This document shows, piece after piece, positions 45,335 through 54,585 of a stretch of DNA of 64,000 nt. A program made the translations under genes and the position numbers. A model generated the notes under the pieces. The model was not told the DNA's origin, did no database searches, and saw only the letters and a list, made by a program, of their open reading frames with translations. Source of the stretch: an uncultured Gemmatimonadales bacterium (GTDB taxonomy: Bacteria > Gemmatimonadota > Gemmatimonadetes > Gemmatimonadales > GWC2-71-9). Every line of letters begins with the position of its first letter. Position 1 is the stretch's first letter. Location of the stretch: the NCBI GenBank assembly GCA_963771275.1, contig CAVYSW010000006.1, positions 32,001 through 96,000 of the forward strand. The letters run 5' to 3'.

Positions 45335-46202
45335 GGCTCCACTCTCGCGCGAGTCGCTCGGGGAGCCGGGGATCGGCCAGTCCGGCCGTCCCAATCGCGA
45401 CCAGCGCAGCCCCGGCATCGAGATACTGCCGGGCATCCTCGAGCGTCCGGACCCCGCCCACGCCGATCACCGGGAGCCCGGTGGCCTCGACCACGCGTCG
45501 GGTCGCCAGCACACCGACGGGGAGCAGCAGGGGCCCGCTCACACCGCCGTTGCTCGCCCCGACGCGGCCGCCCGTGACGCCCCCGGCCCCACCCCGGCGA
45601 TAGAGGAATCCCGGCATGGTGTTGACCACCGTAACCCCACCGGCGCCCGCCTCCGCGGCGGCGCGCGCGGTCCGGCCGACGTCGGCGAGCGTCGGCGCCA
45701 GCTTCACGATGACAGGCCGTGCGGTGGCCTTCACACAGCGTGCAACCAGGTCGCGCAGCACGTCCTCATTGGCGCCGAACTGCTCGCCGCCCCGCGCCGT
45801 GTTGGGGCAGGACAGGTTCAGCTCGAAGGCCGTGACGACCGCCTCGCCGGTGAGGCGCTCGACCACCGCGACGTAGTCCTCCACTGTCGACCCCACAACG
45901 CTCACCAGGACGCGGGCCCGGCGCAGGTTGGACGCGAGCCAGGGAAGCTCCGCGCTCCGGACGACATCCACCCCGGGGTTCGCCAGGCCCACCGAGTTGA
46001 GCATCCCGCCCGGGAACTCCGCCACACGCGGGGGCGGGTTCCCGGATCGGGGCTCGGGGCTCACCGATTTCGTCACGATCCCGCCGAGCGCGTCCAGCGC
46101 GACGACCTCGCGCAGCTCGCGGCCGAACCCGGCGGTTCCCGCCGCGAGCAGAATGGGGTTTTGAAACGTCGTGCCGAAGGCGGAGATCGGGGAGTCGGGC
46201 AC
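45327..46202 (-). CDS. pyrD: Dihydroorotate dehydrogenase (class 1B-type catalytic subunit)
   Basis: GNPPPRV, MLNSVGLANPG, ELNLSCPN, VKL, GGVSG. Confidence 0.92.
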   Translation of the reverse strand: MPDSPISAFGTTFQNPILLAAGTAGFGRELREVVALDALGGIVTKSVSPEPRSGNPPPRVAEFPGGMLNSVGLANPGVDVVRSAELPWLASNLRRARVLVSVVGSTVEDYVAVVERLTGEAVVTAFELNLSCPNTARGGEQFGANEDVLRDLVARCVKATARPVIVKLAPTLADVGRTARAAAEAGAGGVTVVNTMPGFLYRRGGAGGVTGGRVGASNGGVSGPLLLPVGVLATRRVVEATGLPVIGVGGVRTLEDARQYLDAGAALVAIGTAGLADPRLPERLAREWSRG

Positions 46203-46204
46203 CG

Positions 46205-47560
46205 TCAGTTGCGGATCCTGGTGTCGCGGGCGGTGGGGCGCCGGCGCTGCTGCTGCAACTCGCGGATCACCCGCTGCAGGGAGTCCTCCACGACCCGGTA
46301 GCCGTCGCCTGCCTTGCCGGACAGCGCGAGCGTGTACACCGACTCCGGGTAGCGCTGCCGCACGAGTGCCACCAGCGAATCGGAGAGCGCGGGCTGGAGC
46401 ACCGCCTGGGCCAGCAGCGCCTTGGGGGCGATCACCGACTCGGGCGCCCGCCGGGCCACCTCCGCGAACGCCTCCGCGGCGACGTCGGTCATCCGCAGCG
46501 AGTCGCGCAGGTGTTCGGCGGCGAGGAACAGCGCGAGCGGCATCGCCTCGGGGCTCAGCGCATCCACCGTCCGCCCAAGCACGGCGACGTACGGGGCCAC
46601 GACCTGCGCGGCCGGTCCGCCCCGGCGTGCCGCCGCCTCGAGCGAATCGAGCAGCGCGGGGACCTCCGCCACGGTGTGCGTCTGTCGCACGCGCCGCACC
46701 GCGAGGTGCGCGCGCGCAGTGCCCCCCTCACTTGAATCCGGCGCCTCGGCGGCGATCAGCGCGAATCGGCGTGCCGCTACCGAGTCCACCCCGGCCCCGA
46801 GCCAGCGTTCCCCGTCGCGGAGCAGCAGCCGCCGCCGCTCGCCTGACGCCAGGTCGGACCGGGCCGCCAGGCGATCCACCAACGCGCTTGCCGCTTCCGG
46901 GGAGCGCCGTCCCACGCTGTCGAGCACGGCGAGCCACGGCTGCTCGTCGTACGGCTCGAGCGACGCGCGCGCCAACACGCTCTCGGCCTCGACGCTCCGC
47001 CCGAGGCGAACGAGCGCGATCGCCTTGGGGAAGACCGCCTGGGGCGCCGCGCTGCCCGCGAGGTCGGCAAGGGCCGGCTCGTCGCGGCCGAGCCAGACGG
47101 ACGCCCGTCCGCGCAACAGCAGCGCCTCGTCCCGTCGGTCCCCGCGCGCGCTGTCCGCGAGGGCGGCGACCTCCGTCAGCACCGACTCCGGCTGTTCCAA
47201 CGTCAGCCAGCAGCGCGCCGCCAGCAGATGCGCTTCCGTCCTGATCCGCTCGTCCGGGCTCGAGGTGGTCGCCTCGTGGAGCGATCGCAACGCCTCACCA
47301 CACGCCTTGAGGCGCTCGAGGGCAAGGCCGCGCAGCAGCAGCGCGTCGTCGTGGTACTTGGACTTCGGGAACCGTGCGATCACGGTCTCCGCCTTCACCG
47401 CCGCGCGCGACCAGAGCGAGCGCGCCTCGCTCGTCCGGCCCTCGCGCTCGGCGCGGCGCGCATCGTTGGCCAGTCGATTCGCATTGTACAGGCCGTTGTA
47501 GTACGCGCACGCCGCGACGGAGAGCGTCAGCATCGCCAGTACGAGCGCACCCCGCTTCAC
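46205..47560 (-). CDS. TPR-like lipoprotein
   Basis: Lipobox VAA-C, AYYNGLYNA, FPKSKYHDDALL, helical repeats. Confidence 0.7.
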   Translation of the reverse strand: MKRGALVLAMLTLSVAACAYYNGLYNANRLANDARRAEREGRTSEARSLWSRAAVKAETVIARFPKSKYHDDALLLRGLALERLKACGEALRSLHEATTSSPDERIRTEAHLLAARCWLTLEQPESVLTEVAALADSARGDRRDEALLLRGRASVWLGRDEPALADLAGSAAPQAVFPKAIALVRLGRSVEAESVLARASLEPYDEQPWLAVLDSVGRRSPEAASALVDRLAARSDLASGERRRLLLRDGERWLGAGVDSVAARRFALIAAEAPDSSEGGTARAHLAVRRVRQTHTVAEVPALLDSLEAAARRGGPAAQVVAPYVAVLGRTVDALSPEAMPLALFLAAEHLRDSLRMTDVAAEAFAEVARRAPESVIAPKALLAQAVLQPALSDSLVALVRQRYPESVYTLALSGKAGDGYRVVEDSLQRVIRELQQQRRRPTARDTRIRN

Positions 47561-48765
47561 GGTGACTCCCCCACGGCCGTCTTCGCCTCGTAGCGCCGCA
47601 GATACTCGATAATCCCGTCCGCGATCGCGACGGCCAGCCGCTGCTGCCCCCGGGCGGACGCCAGGAACTGGGCGTCGGCCTTGTTGGTGCCGTAGCCCGT
47701 CTCGATCAGCACGGCGGGGCGCCGCGCCGTCGTGAGCACCACGAGCCGGTTCTGCTGCACGCCGCGATCCCCGCCGGGGTGGACCTTGGAAACCCGCGAC
47801 TGCACGAGATCGGCGAGCAGCGCCGATTCGCGGAGGATCTCGTTGGCCTGCAGGTGCTTCAGAATGAACAGCGTGGGGTCGTCCGGGCGCGCCGCCGAAG
47901 CGGTCTCGTAGCGCAGGGCATCATTCTCGACCGCGGCGACCCGTCGGGCGTCATCCGTGAGCGCCTCGCCCAGGAAGTACGTGTGGATCCCGCCGACCTG
48001 CTGATAGCCTCTGCGTCGCGCCAGCGCGTCCACGTGGATGCTGACGAACAGGTCGCAGTCCGCCAGGCAGAACTTGGCGCGGTCGTACAAGCTGATCAGC
48101 GTATCCGTCTGGCGGGTCATGATGACCGTGACGTCGCGCCGCTGCAGCTCGCGTTCCACCTGTTTCGCGATCCCGAGGGTGATGGTCTTCTCCGTCACGC
48201 CCCTGGGGCAGAACAGGCACGGGCTGCCCGGGTCGGTGCCACCGTGCCCCGCGTCGACGGTCACCGTGCGGCGCGAGTGCAGTCCGGATGCCCCGGGCCG
48301 CGCCGGCGCCGGTGACGCGGTGCGCAAGACGGGGGCGAGGCCGGTTTCCTCGAAGCGCGCGGCGAGCGGATCGTAGCGATACGCCTCGTGGAACCGGCTG
48401 GGCAGGTAATCCGTGAGCCACTGGAGCGGCACGAACAGCGTATCGTGCACAACGTAGGCACCGCCGGCGAGCGGCACGACCAGTCCGCCGTCGACCACGA
48501 CCGGCGCATCGAGCAGAAAGCGAAACGGCTGGCCGGCGAACGCCACGGTGGCCCAGTCAGCGCTCACCGTGGCCGTCAACGGCAGCAGGCGCAGCAGCGG
48601 CGGAACCGGCACGGCCGCGTGCCCGCGGTCCATGCGAATCTCGACTGACGCCTCACCCCGGGACGTGGCGATGACCACCGCACCGGCCGCGGCTGGATCC
48701 GGCGTGGCAGCGGCCGCGCCCGGCCAGCAACAGGCCCAGGCGAGCGTGGCGGCGAGCCGCCTCAC
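47557..48765 (-). CDS. N-acetylmuramoyl-L-alanine amidase (Amidase_3)
   Basis: VDAGHGGTDPG, EK, FVSIHVD, AVLIETGY; signal peptide. Confidence 0.9.
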   Translation of the reverse strand: MRRLAATLAWACCWPGAAAATPDPAAAGAVVIATSRGEASVEIRMDRGHAAVPVPPLLRLLPLTATVSADWATVAFAGQPFRFLLDAPVVVDGGLVVPLAGGAYVVHDTLFVPLQWLTDYLPSRFHEAYRYDPLAARFEETGLAPVLRTASPAPARPGASGLHSRRTVTVDAGHGGTDPGSPCLFCPRGVTEKTITLGIAKQVERELQRRDVTVIMTRQTDTLISLYDRAKFCLADCDLFVSIHVDALARRRGYQQVGGIHTYFLGEALTDDARRVAAVENDALRYETASAARPDDPTLFILKHLQANEILRESALLADLVQSRVSKVHPGGDRGVQQNRLVVLTTARRPAVLIETGYGTNKADAQFLASARGQQRLAVAIADGIIEYLRRYEAKTAVGESP

Positions 48766-49241
48766 CGCCGCCGCCCCATGGCGCGCGCCGCTTCGCGATC
48801 CGCCATCCGACGCTTGAGGGTCTCGCGCTTGTCGTGTTCCTTCTTGCCGCGCGCCAGCGCCAGCGTCACCTTCGCACGCCCTTTGGCAAGGTGGACGTCC
48901 AGGGGAATCAGCGTCAGTCCCTTCTGCTCCACGGCTCCAATGAGTCGCCGAATCTCACGCGCCTGCAGCAGCAGCTTGCGCGCACGGCGGGGCTCGTGGG
49001 TCACGTAGCCGCGCGACTCGTACGGCGCGATGGTCATGCCTTCAAGCCAGACTTCTCCGCGGCGCACCGTCCCGAACGCCTCCGCAAGGCTCACCTTCCC
49101 GGCGCGGACCGACTTGATCTCCGTGCCGGTCAACACCACCCCGGCCTCCCAGGTCTCCAGAATGTGGTAGTCGTGGCGCGCCTTGGAATTCCGGGCCAAG
49201 ACCGGGCCAGCCTCGGGACGGGGAGCGCGAGGTGTAGACAC
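48762..49241 (-). CDS. smpB: SsrA-binding protein
   Basis: NSKARHDY, EAGVVLTGTEIKS, RKLLL, ARGKKEHDKR. Confidence 0.96.
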   Translation of the reverse strand: MSTPRAPRPEAGPVLARNSKARHDYHILETWEAGVVLTGTEIKSVRAGKVSLAEAFGTVRRGEVWLEGMTIAPYESRGYVTHEPRRARKLLLQAREIRRLIGAVEQKGLTLIPLDVHLAKGRAKVTLALARGKKEHDKRETLKRRMADREAARAMGRRR

Positions 49242-49289
49242 GTGCTAACTCCAAGATAGGCGCGCATTTCCGCGTGGTCAAGAAAACCG

Positions 49290-49319
49290 TTGACGCACCC
49301 TTGCGGCACGGTCTATATT
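49290..49319 (+). promoter_or_regulatory. Putative sigma70 promoter of tRNA-Leu
   Basis: TTGACG-N18-TATATT. Confidence 0.55.
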
Positions 49320-49341
49320 CCGCCCTCCAACCGAAGTTCCC

Positions 49342-49425
49342 GCCGAAGTGGTGGAACTGGTAGACGCGCTGCGTTCAGGGCGCAGTGGGCGTAAGCCCGT
49401 GGGGGTTCGAGTCCCCCCTTCGGCA
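49342..49425 (+). tRNA. tRNA-Leu(CAG), CCA not encoded
   Basis: GCCGAAG/CTTCGGC acceptor stem, anticodon arm CTGCG-TTCAGGG-CGCAG, long variable arm, GGTTCGAGTCC T-loop. Confidence 0.96.
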
Positions 49426-49481
49426 CTGCCGACGTTTGGCCATGGGCCCAGCTGCGGGGCACGCGGTCTCGGGGAAGCGAT

Positions 49482-49520
49482 GAAGGGCGCGCCATCTTCA
49501 GGCATGGTCGCGCCCTTCTT
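49482..49520. terminator. Hairpin between convergent tRNA-Leu and moeZ
   Basis: gaagggcgcgccat...atggtcgcgcccttc. Confidence 0.55.
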
Positions 49521-49553
49521 GCCGACTGTCCGGGCGTCCCGCCCTCGCCGAGG

Positions 49554-50702
49554 TCAGTAGCGCGACATGCCGGGGTCGAGCTCCCTGGCCCAGCGCTCGA
49601 CGCCACCCCGCAGACTCTTCGCATCCTGAAAGCCCTGCGCCTGCAGAAAGCGCGCAGCCGAGAGGGAGCGCACCCCCCTGTGGCAATACGTCACCACCGG
49701 CCTCCCCTGGTCCAGCTCGCCGAGCCGAGCCGGCAGCTCGCGCAGCGGCATCAGCCGCGCACCGTCGAGGCGGCAGATCTGCCATTCCCACTGCTCACGC
49801 ACGTCGACGAGCTGCACTCCGGCGGCGCCGCCGATCATCCGCGCCAGGGCGGCCGGCTCGATCTCCTCACGGGCTGCGGCAGCCTGCTCCGCCGGGTTCC
49901 CGCCGCAGAACGCTTCGTAGTCCACGAGCTCGCGGATCGTCGGGGCATCCCCGCACACCGGGCAGCCCGGATCGCGCCGTACCCCGATCTCCCGGACGCG
50001 GGCGGCCAGCCCATCCGCGAGGAGCAGGCGCCCGATGAGCGGCTGGCCGGCGCCTGTCACGAGCTTGATGACCTCGAGCGCCTGGATCGTGCCAATGATG
50101 CCCGGGATCGCCCCGATCACCCCGGCCTGCTCGCATGACGGGACCAGCTCCGGCGGTGGCGGATCGCGGAACAGACAGCGGTAGCACGGCCCCCCAGGGG
50201 CGCCGAACACCGACGCCTGACCGTCGAAGCGATACACCGCCCCGTACACGTCCCGCTTGCCGAGCAGGACGCACGCGTCGTTCACGAGGTAGCGTGTCGG
50301 GAAATTGTCGCTGCCATCGACCACCAGGTCGAACGGCCGCAAGACGTCGAGCGCGTTCCGCGCGGTCAGGCGCGCCTCGATGGGCTCGATGCGCACGCCG
50401 GGGTTGAGATCTCCCAGGCGCTCGGCCGCGACCAGGGCCTTCGGGCGGCCGACGGTCGACGTGCCGAACAGGACTTGGCGTTGGAGGTTGGACTCGTCGA
50501 CCCGGTCATCATCGACGAGCCCGATGGTGCCGACCCCTGCGGCGGCGAGGTAGAGCGCGGCGGGTGAGCCGAGTCCACCCACGCCGACGATCAGGACGCG
50601 AGCCGCGCCGAGGCGGCGCTGGCCCGCCTCACCCACCTCCGGCAGAACGAGATGCCGAGCGTACCGGCGCAGCTCAGCCGGCGTCAGATCCGCCCCGGCC
50701 AT
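49554..50702 (-). CDS. moeB: MoeB/MoeZ-type ThiF adenylyltransferase with C-terminal rhodanese
   Basis: RYARHL, GVGGLGSP, SNLQRQ, PCYRC, CPVC, DVRE..YCHRGVRS. Confidence 0.92.
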   Translation of the reverse strand: MAGADLTPAELRRYARHLVLPEVGEAGQRRLGAARVLIVGVGGLGSPAALYLAAAGVGTIGLVDDDRVDESNLQRQVLFGTSTVGRPKALVAAERLGDLNPGVRIEPIEARLTARNALDVLRPFDLVVDGSDNFPTRYLVNDACVLLGKRDVYGAVYRFDGQASVFGAPGGPCYRCLFRDPPPPELVPSCEQAGVIGAIPGIIGTIQALEVIKLVTGAGQPLIGRLLLADGLAARVREIGVRRDPGCPVCGDAPTIRELVDYEAFCGGNPAEQAAAAREEIEPAALARMIGGAAGVQLVDVREQWEWQICRLDGARLMPLRELPARLGELDQGRPVVTYCHRGVRSLSAARFLQAQGFQDAKSLRGGVERWARELDPGMSRY

Positions 50703-50716
50703 CCCGCCCCCCGGAC

Positions 50717-51175
50717 TCAGTGGCGCCCGGACGCCGCCAGGGAGAGCTGCTCGTCCACCGCTTCCTCGTGGCCCAGCAGATCCGCGAGGGAGACGCTCTC
50801 CAGAAAGTCGTCGATGCGGTGCTGCAGCGCGTGCCACAGCGGCCGGATCGTGCAGCCGTGCGTCGAGCGGCAGCGCTGGGCGTTGATCGGGTACACGTCG
50901 CAGTTCACCTCGAACGTCCGGCTCTCCGCCGCGTCGATGACGTCACGAACGGTGAGCTGCTCAGGCGCCCGCGAGAGCAGATAGCCTCCCTTGGCGCCGC
51001 GCATGCTCTTGACGAGCCCCGCCCGCCGGAGCTTGAGGAGAATCTGCTCGACGTAGTCGGGCGGCAGCCCCTCCCGCTCCGCGATCTCGCGGGCGGGCTG
51101 CGGGCGCACGACGCCGTGGCGGGCGAGGTGCACCGAAACGATGAGGCCGTATTCGGCCCAAGTGGTTATGCGCAC
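50717..51175 (-). CDS. Rrf2 family regulator (IscR-like, 3 Cys)
   Basis: YVEQILLKLRRAGLVKSMRGAKGGY; C-x9-C-x5-C. Confidence 0.9.
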   Translation of the reverse strand: MRITTWAEYGLIVSVHLARHGVVRPQPAREIAEREGLPPDYVEQILLKLRRAGLVKSMRGAKGGYLLSRAPEQLTVRDVIDAAESRTFEVNCDVYPINAQRCRSTHGCTIRPLWHALQHRIDDFLESVSLADLLGHEEAVDEQLSLAASGRH

Positions 51176-51184
51176 GGTTGTCCC

Positions 51185-51224
51185 TCCGCAACGAATATCC
51201 GACGATAAGTTGCGGAAATCAACA
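51185..51224 (-). promoter_or_regulatory. Promoter/operator of rrf2-moeZ
   Basis: Minus strand TTGATT-N17-GATATT overlapping the inverted repeat TCCGCAAC..GTTGCGGA and ATATCCGAC-N7-TGCGGAAAT. Confidence 0.5.
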
Positions 51225-51245
51225 AATGTGCGAGTGAAGGTTTCT

Positions 51246-52652
51246 TTAAAGGTCGCTCCCGGGCACCCCGGGCTCGGTCATCGCGCGCAGATCGAGGACG
51301 CGGGCGAGTTGCTCTGCCGTGAGCAGCCCCTTCTCCAGCACCAGTGCCCGGACCGTCACGTTACGCGCCACCGCCTCCTTGGCGAGTTTCGCCGCCTCCG
51401 CGTACCCGATCTGCGGTGCGAGGGCCGTCACCAGGGCCGGGCTCCGTTCGAGCCAGTGCGCGCACTGCTCCGGGTTCGCCTCCAAGCCGGACACACAGCG
51501 CTCGGCGAAGACCCGGACCGCGTTGCCCAGCAGCTCCATCGCGCCGAGCAGATTGTGCGCGATCACCGGCATCATCACATTGAGCTCGAGCTGGCCGGCC
51601 TCGGCCGCGAGCGCGACCGTGACGTCGCAGCCGCGGACCTGGTAACACACCATGTTGACCATCTCGGCAATACTCGGGTTGACCTTGCCGGGCATGATGC
51701 TCGATCCAGGCTGCACCGCCGGGAGCGCGATCTCGTTGAGGCCGGTGCGCGGACCCGAGGCGAGCAGGCGGAGATCGTTCGCGATCTTGCCGAGGTCGAT
51801 GGCGCAGGTGCGCAACGCCGCGCTGAAGGCCGCTTCGTCGCCCATCGACTGCATCAGCTGGACGCGGTCCTCTCCTTCCCGGACATCGATCCCCGTGATC
51901 GCCCGCAGCTGCTGGATCATCAGCGCCGGGTAGCGCCGCTCCGCGTTGAGCCCCGTGCCCACCGCCGTGCCGCCGATGTTGAGCTCCCGCAGCCCGTTCG
52001 CCGCCGTCGCCACGCGCGCGCGGTTCTTCGCAACGGTCCGGCCGTACGCCCCGAGCTCCTGTCCCAGCCGGATGGGCGTCGCATCCTGCAAGTGGGTCCG
52101 GCCCGTCTTGAGCACGCCATCGAACGCCCGCGCCCGGTCGGCGAACGCCGCGGCGAGGACGTCGAGCGCCTCAAGGAGGGGCGGCAGCTGCGCGAGTGCC
52201 GCCAGCCGGATGGCCGTGGGGATCGTGTCGTTCGTGCTCTGCGCCATGTTGACATGGTCGTTGGGGTGCACCGGCGCGTAACGACCCCGTTCCCCACCGA
52301 GCAGCTCGTTCGCCCGGTTGGCCAGCACCTCGTTCACGTTCATGTTGTGGCTCGTGCCCGCGCCGGCCTGGTAGGGATCGACCACGAACTGATCGCGGTG
52401 TCGCCCTTCGAGCACTTCGCGAGCCGCCTGGGCGATGGCGTCGGCGAGGGAGGCCGGCAGCCGGCCGGTGTCCCGGTGGGTCAGGGCCGCCGCCAGCTTG
52501 ATCCAGACCATGGCGTCGACGAACACGGCCCGCGGCCGGAGGCCGGAGATCGGGAAGTTGTGGCGCGCGCGCTCGGTCTGGATGCCGTAGAGGGCCTCCG
52601 CCGGGACCGGCAGCTCGCCGAGGGCATCGCGCTCCATACGGTATTGGCTCAT
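51246..52652 (-). CDS. aspA: Aspartate ammonia-lyase (fumarase/aspartase family)
   Basis: YQAGAGTSHNMNVNEV, HPNDHVNMAQSTND, GRTHLQDA, GSSIMPGKVNP. Confidence 0.8.
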   Translation of the reverse strand: MSQYRMERDALGELPVPAEALYGIQTERARHNFPISGLRPRAVFVDAMVWIKLAAALTHRDTGRLPASLADAIAQAAREVLEGRHRDQFVVDPYQAGAGTSHNMNVNEVLANRANELLGGERGRYAPVHPNDHVNMAQSTNDTIPTAIRLAALAQLPPLLEALDVLAAAFADRARAFDGVLKTGRTHLQDATPIRLGQELGAYGRTVAKNRARVATAANGLRELNIGGTAVGTGLNAERRYPALMIQQLRAITGIDVREGEDRVQLMQSMGDEAAFSAALRTCAIDLGKIANDLRLLASGPRTGLNEIALPAVQPGSSIMPGKVNPSIAEMVNMVCYQVRGCDVTVALAAEAGQLELNVMMPVIAHNLLGAMELLGNAVRVFAERCVSGLEANPEQCAHWLERSPALVTALAPQIGYAEAAKLAKEAVARNVTVRALVLEKGLLTAEQLARVLDLRAMTEPGVPGSDL

Positions 52653-52719
52653 GCTGTTCCGCCTTGCTCTCCCGTACGCCGCCGACCCGGGAACCGCCGG
52701 CGCGCGGGCCCGGGCTCGC

Positions 52720-52851
52720 TCAATCGGAGCAGTCGCCGAGTGGGTAGATGAACCCGCAGTTGCCGCAGGGGTTCTTGCAGCCCCAGGGCCGGGGCGCGAC
52801 CCGAAACCCGCAGCGGAGACACGTCGCCGCCTCGTTCCGCGGCGCTTCCAC
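52720..52851 (-). CDS. Cys-rich microprotein (43 aa, zinc-ribbon-like)
   Basis: GGAGG-N9-GTG start; MEAPRNEAATCLRCGFRVAPRPWGCKNPCGNCGFIYPLGDCSD. Confidence 0.65.
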   Translation of the reverse strand: MEAPRNEAATCLRCGFRVAPRPWGCKNPCGNCGFIYPLGDCSD

Positions 52852-52879
52852 GGCCCCCGCCCTCCCCTCCGGCGCGGGG

Positions 52880-53530
52880 TCAGGCAAGGTCGAGCTCCCC
52901 GGTGAGAAACGGGTTCGCGGCCCGCTCCCGCCCGATCGTGGTCGCCGGACCGTGGCCGGACAGCACGATCGTGTCGTCCGGCAGCGTGAGCAACTGCCGT
53001 CCGATGCTCGCCAAGAGCGTGGCGAGATCGCCCCCCGGGAGATCCGTCCGCCCGATCGACCCGGCGAACAGCGCGTCGCCCACCAGGGCGATCCCGTCGC
53101 CGATGAGCGCAACGCCCCCGGGGCTGTGCCCGGGGACATGCCGGACCTCGAAGGCACAGCCCCCGACGGATACCGGGTCGCCCGGCACGAACGCCCGGTC
53201 CGGGGGCGGCAACGGCGGTACGTCCGCCCCGAGCAGCGCGCGCGCCTGCTGTGGCGTGGCGTCATAGAGCGGTCGGTCGGCCGGGTGCAGCCAGATCGGC
53301 ACGGCAGCATGCCGGCGGACCGTCGGGATCCCCAGCACGTGATCGAGGTGGGCGTGTGTCAGCCACACCGCGCGCAGCGTGAGCCGTTCGGTCCGCAGGC
53401 GGGCGAGGAACAGCTCCGCCTCCTCACCCGGGTCCACGAGGACGGCATCACCCGTGGCCCGGTCGGCGAGGATGTAGCAGTTCTCCGCGAAGACGCCGTT
53501 CGTCAGGCAGATGACGTCAGGGCGCGCCAA
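52880..53530 (-). CDS. MBL-fold metallo-hydrolase (glyoxalase II-like)
   Basis: THAHLDH, PGHSPG, GDALF.GSIGRTD, SGHG. Confidence 0.92.
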   Translation of the reverse strand: MARPDVICLTNGVFAENCYILADRATGDAVLVDPGEEAELFLARLRTERLTLRAVWLTHAHLDHVLGIPTVRRHAAVPIWLHPADRPLYDATPQQARALLGADVPPLPPPDRAFVPGDPVSVGGCAFEVRHVPGHSPGGVALIGDGIALVGDALFAGSIGRTDLPGGDLATLLASIGRQLLTLPDDTIVLSGHGPATTIGRERAANPFLTGELDLA

Positions 53531-54500
53531 CGCCCACCTGCTCCTTCTCGCGCAGGGCAGCGAGGTACTTCTCGACGCCGATCGCCGCCGTCGTCGCGTC
53601 GCCCACGGCCGTGGTGATCTGTCGCGTGAGCTGGGCGCGCACGTCCCCCGCCGCGAACAGCCCGGGGATCGATGTCATCATGTGACTGTCGGTGATGATG
53701 TAGCCCTGGGGATCGTGCGTGTAGTGCCCCTTGATGATTCCCGTGTTCGGCGTAAAGCCGATGAAGATGAAGCAGCCCGTCACGGCGAGCGTCGAACGGG
53801 CACCGGTCACCGTGTCGCGCAGCCGGAGGCCCGTCGCGCCGCGCGCGCCGCCGGTGATCTCCTCGACGACCCGGTTCCACACCATGGCGATCTTCGGGTT
53901 GGTGAACGCGCGCTGCTGAATAATGGGTGACGCGCGGAGCTGGTTCCGCCGATGCACGATGTAGACGCGCTCGGCGTAGCGGGTCAGGTACTCCGCCTCC
54001 TCGACCGCGGCGTCCCCACCACCGACCACGGCGATGGTCTCGCCCTTGAAAAACGCCCCGTCGCACACGGCGCAGTAGGACACGCCTTTGCCGGCGTACT
54101 CCTTCTCGCCCGGCACGTTCAACTTCACGGGCGTCCCGCCCGCCGTGACGATGACCGCCGGCGCGCGGTAGCGCATCCCGAGCCCGGTGGTCACGGCGAA
54201 GTCCCCGGCGGGAGTCTTCTCCACGGCCTCGACGGTATCCGTGACGATCTGCGCGCCGAACTTCAGGGCGTGACTGGTCATCTTCTCCGCGAGGTCGCGT
54301 CCCAGGACGCTCTCGAAGCCGATGTAGTCCTCGATCAGCTCGGTGTTGAGCAGCTCGCCGCCGGGCAGACCGCGCTCGATGACCAGCCCGCGCAGCATGC
54401 CGCGCCCGGCATACATCGCGGCGCACAGTCCCGCCGGCCCCGCACCGATGATGATGACGTCATAGGTCGCGTCGTTCGCCTGCTGGTCCATTGCTTCCAT
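53517..54500 (-). CDS. trxB: Thioredoxin reductase
   Basis: IGAGPAG, SYCAVCDGAFF, VGGGDAAVEEA, HRR, FAAGDVR. Confidence 0.95.
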   Translation of the reverse strand: MEAMDQQANDATYDVIIIGAGPAGLCAAMYAGRGMLRGLVIERGLPGGELLNTELIEDYIGFESVLGRDLAEKMTSHALKFGAQIVTDTVEAVEKTPAGDFAVTTGLGMRYRAPAVIVTAGGTPVKLNVPGEKEYAGKGVSYCAVCDGAFFKGETIAVVGGGDAAVEEAEYLTRYAERVYIVHRRNQLRASPIIQQRAFTNPKIAMVWNRVVEEITGGARGATGLRLRDTVTGARSTLAVTGCFIFIGFTPNTGIIKGHYTHDPQGYIITDSHMMTSIPGLFAAGDVRAQLTRQITTAVGDATTAAIGVEKYLAALREKEQVGVGAP

Positions 54501-54585
54501 CCTGTGGCCCCGTCGCGGCGTCTCCGCGCCGCGCCCGTTTCACGGGTGATAACCCGACGCACCTGCCCCCGGTTCCCGACTCCCC

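Noticed and set aside
49342..49553. tRNA-Leu as an integration site
   Set aside because: No integrase, no duplicated tRNA 3' end seen, and housekeeping genes on both sides.
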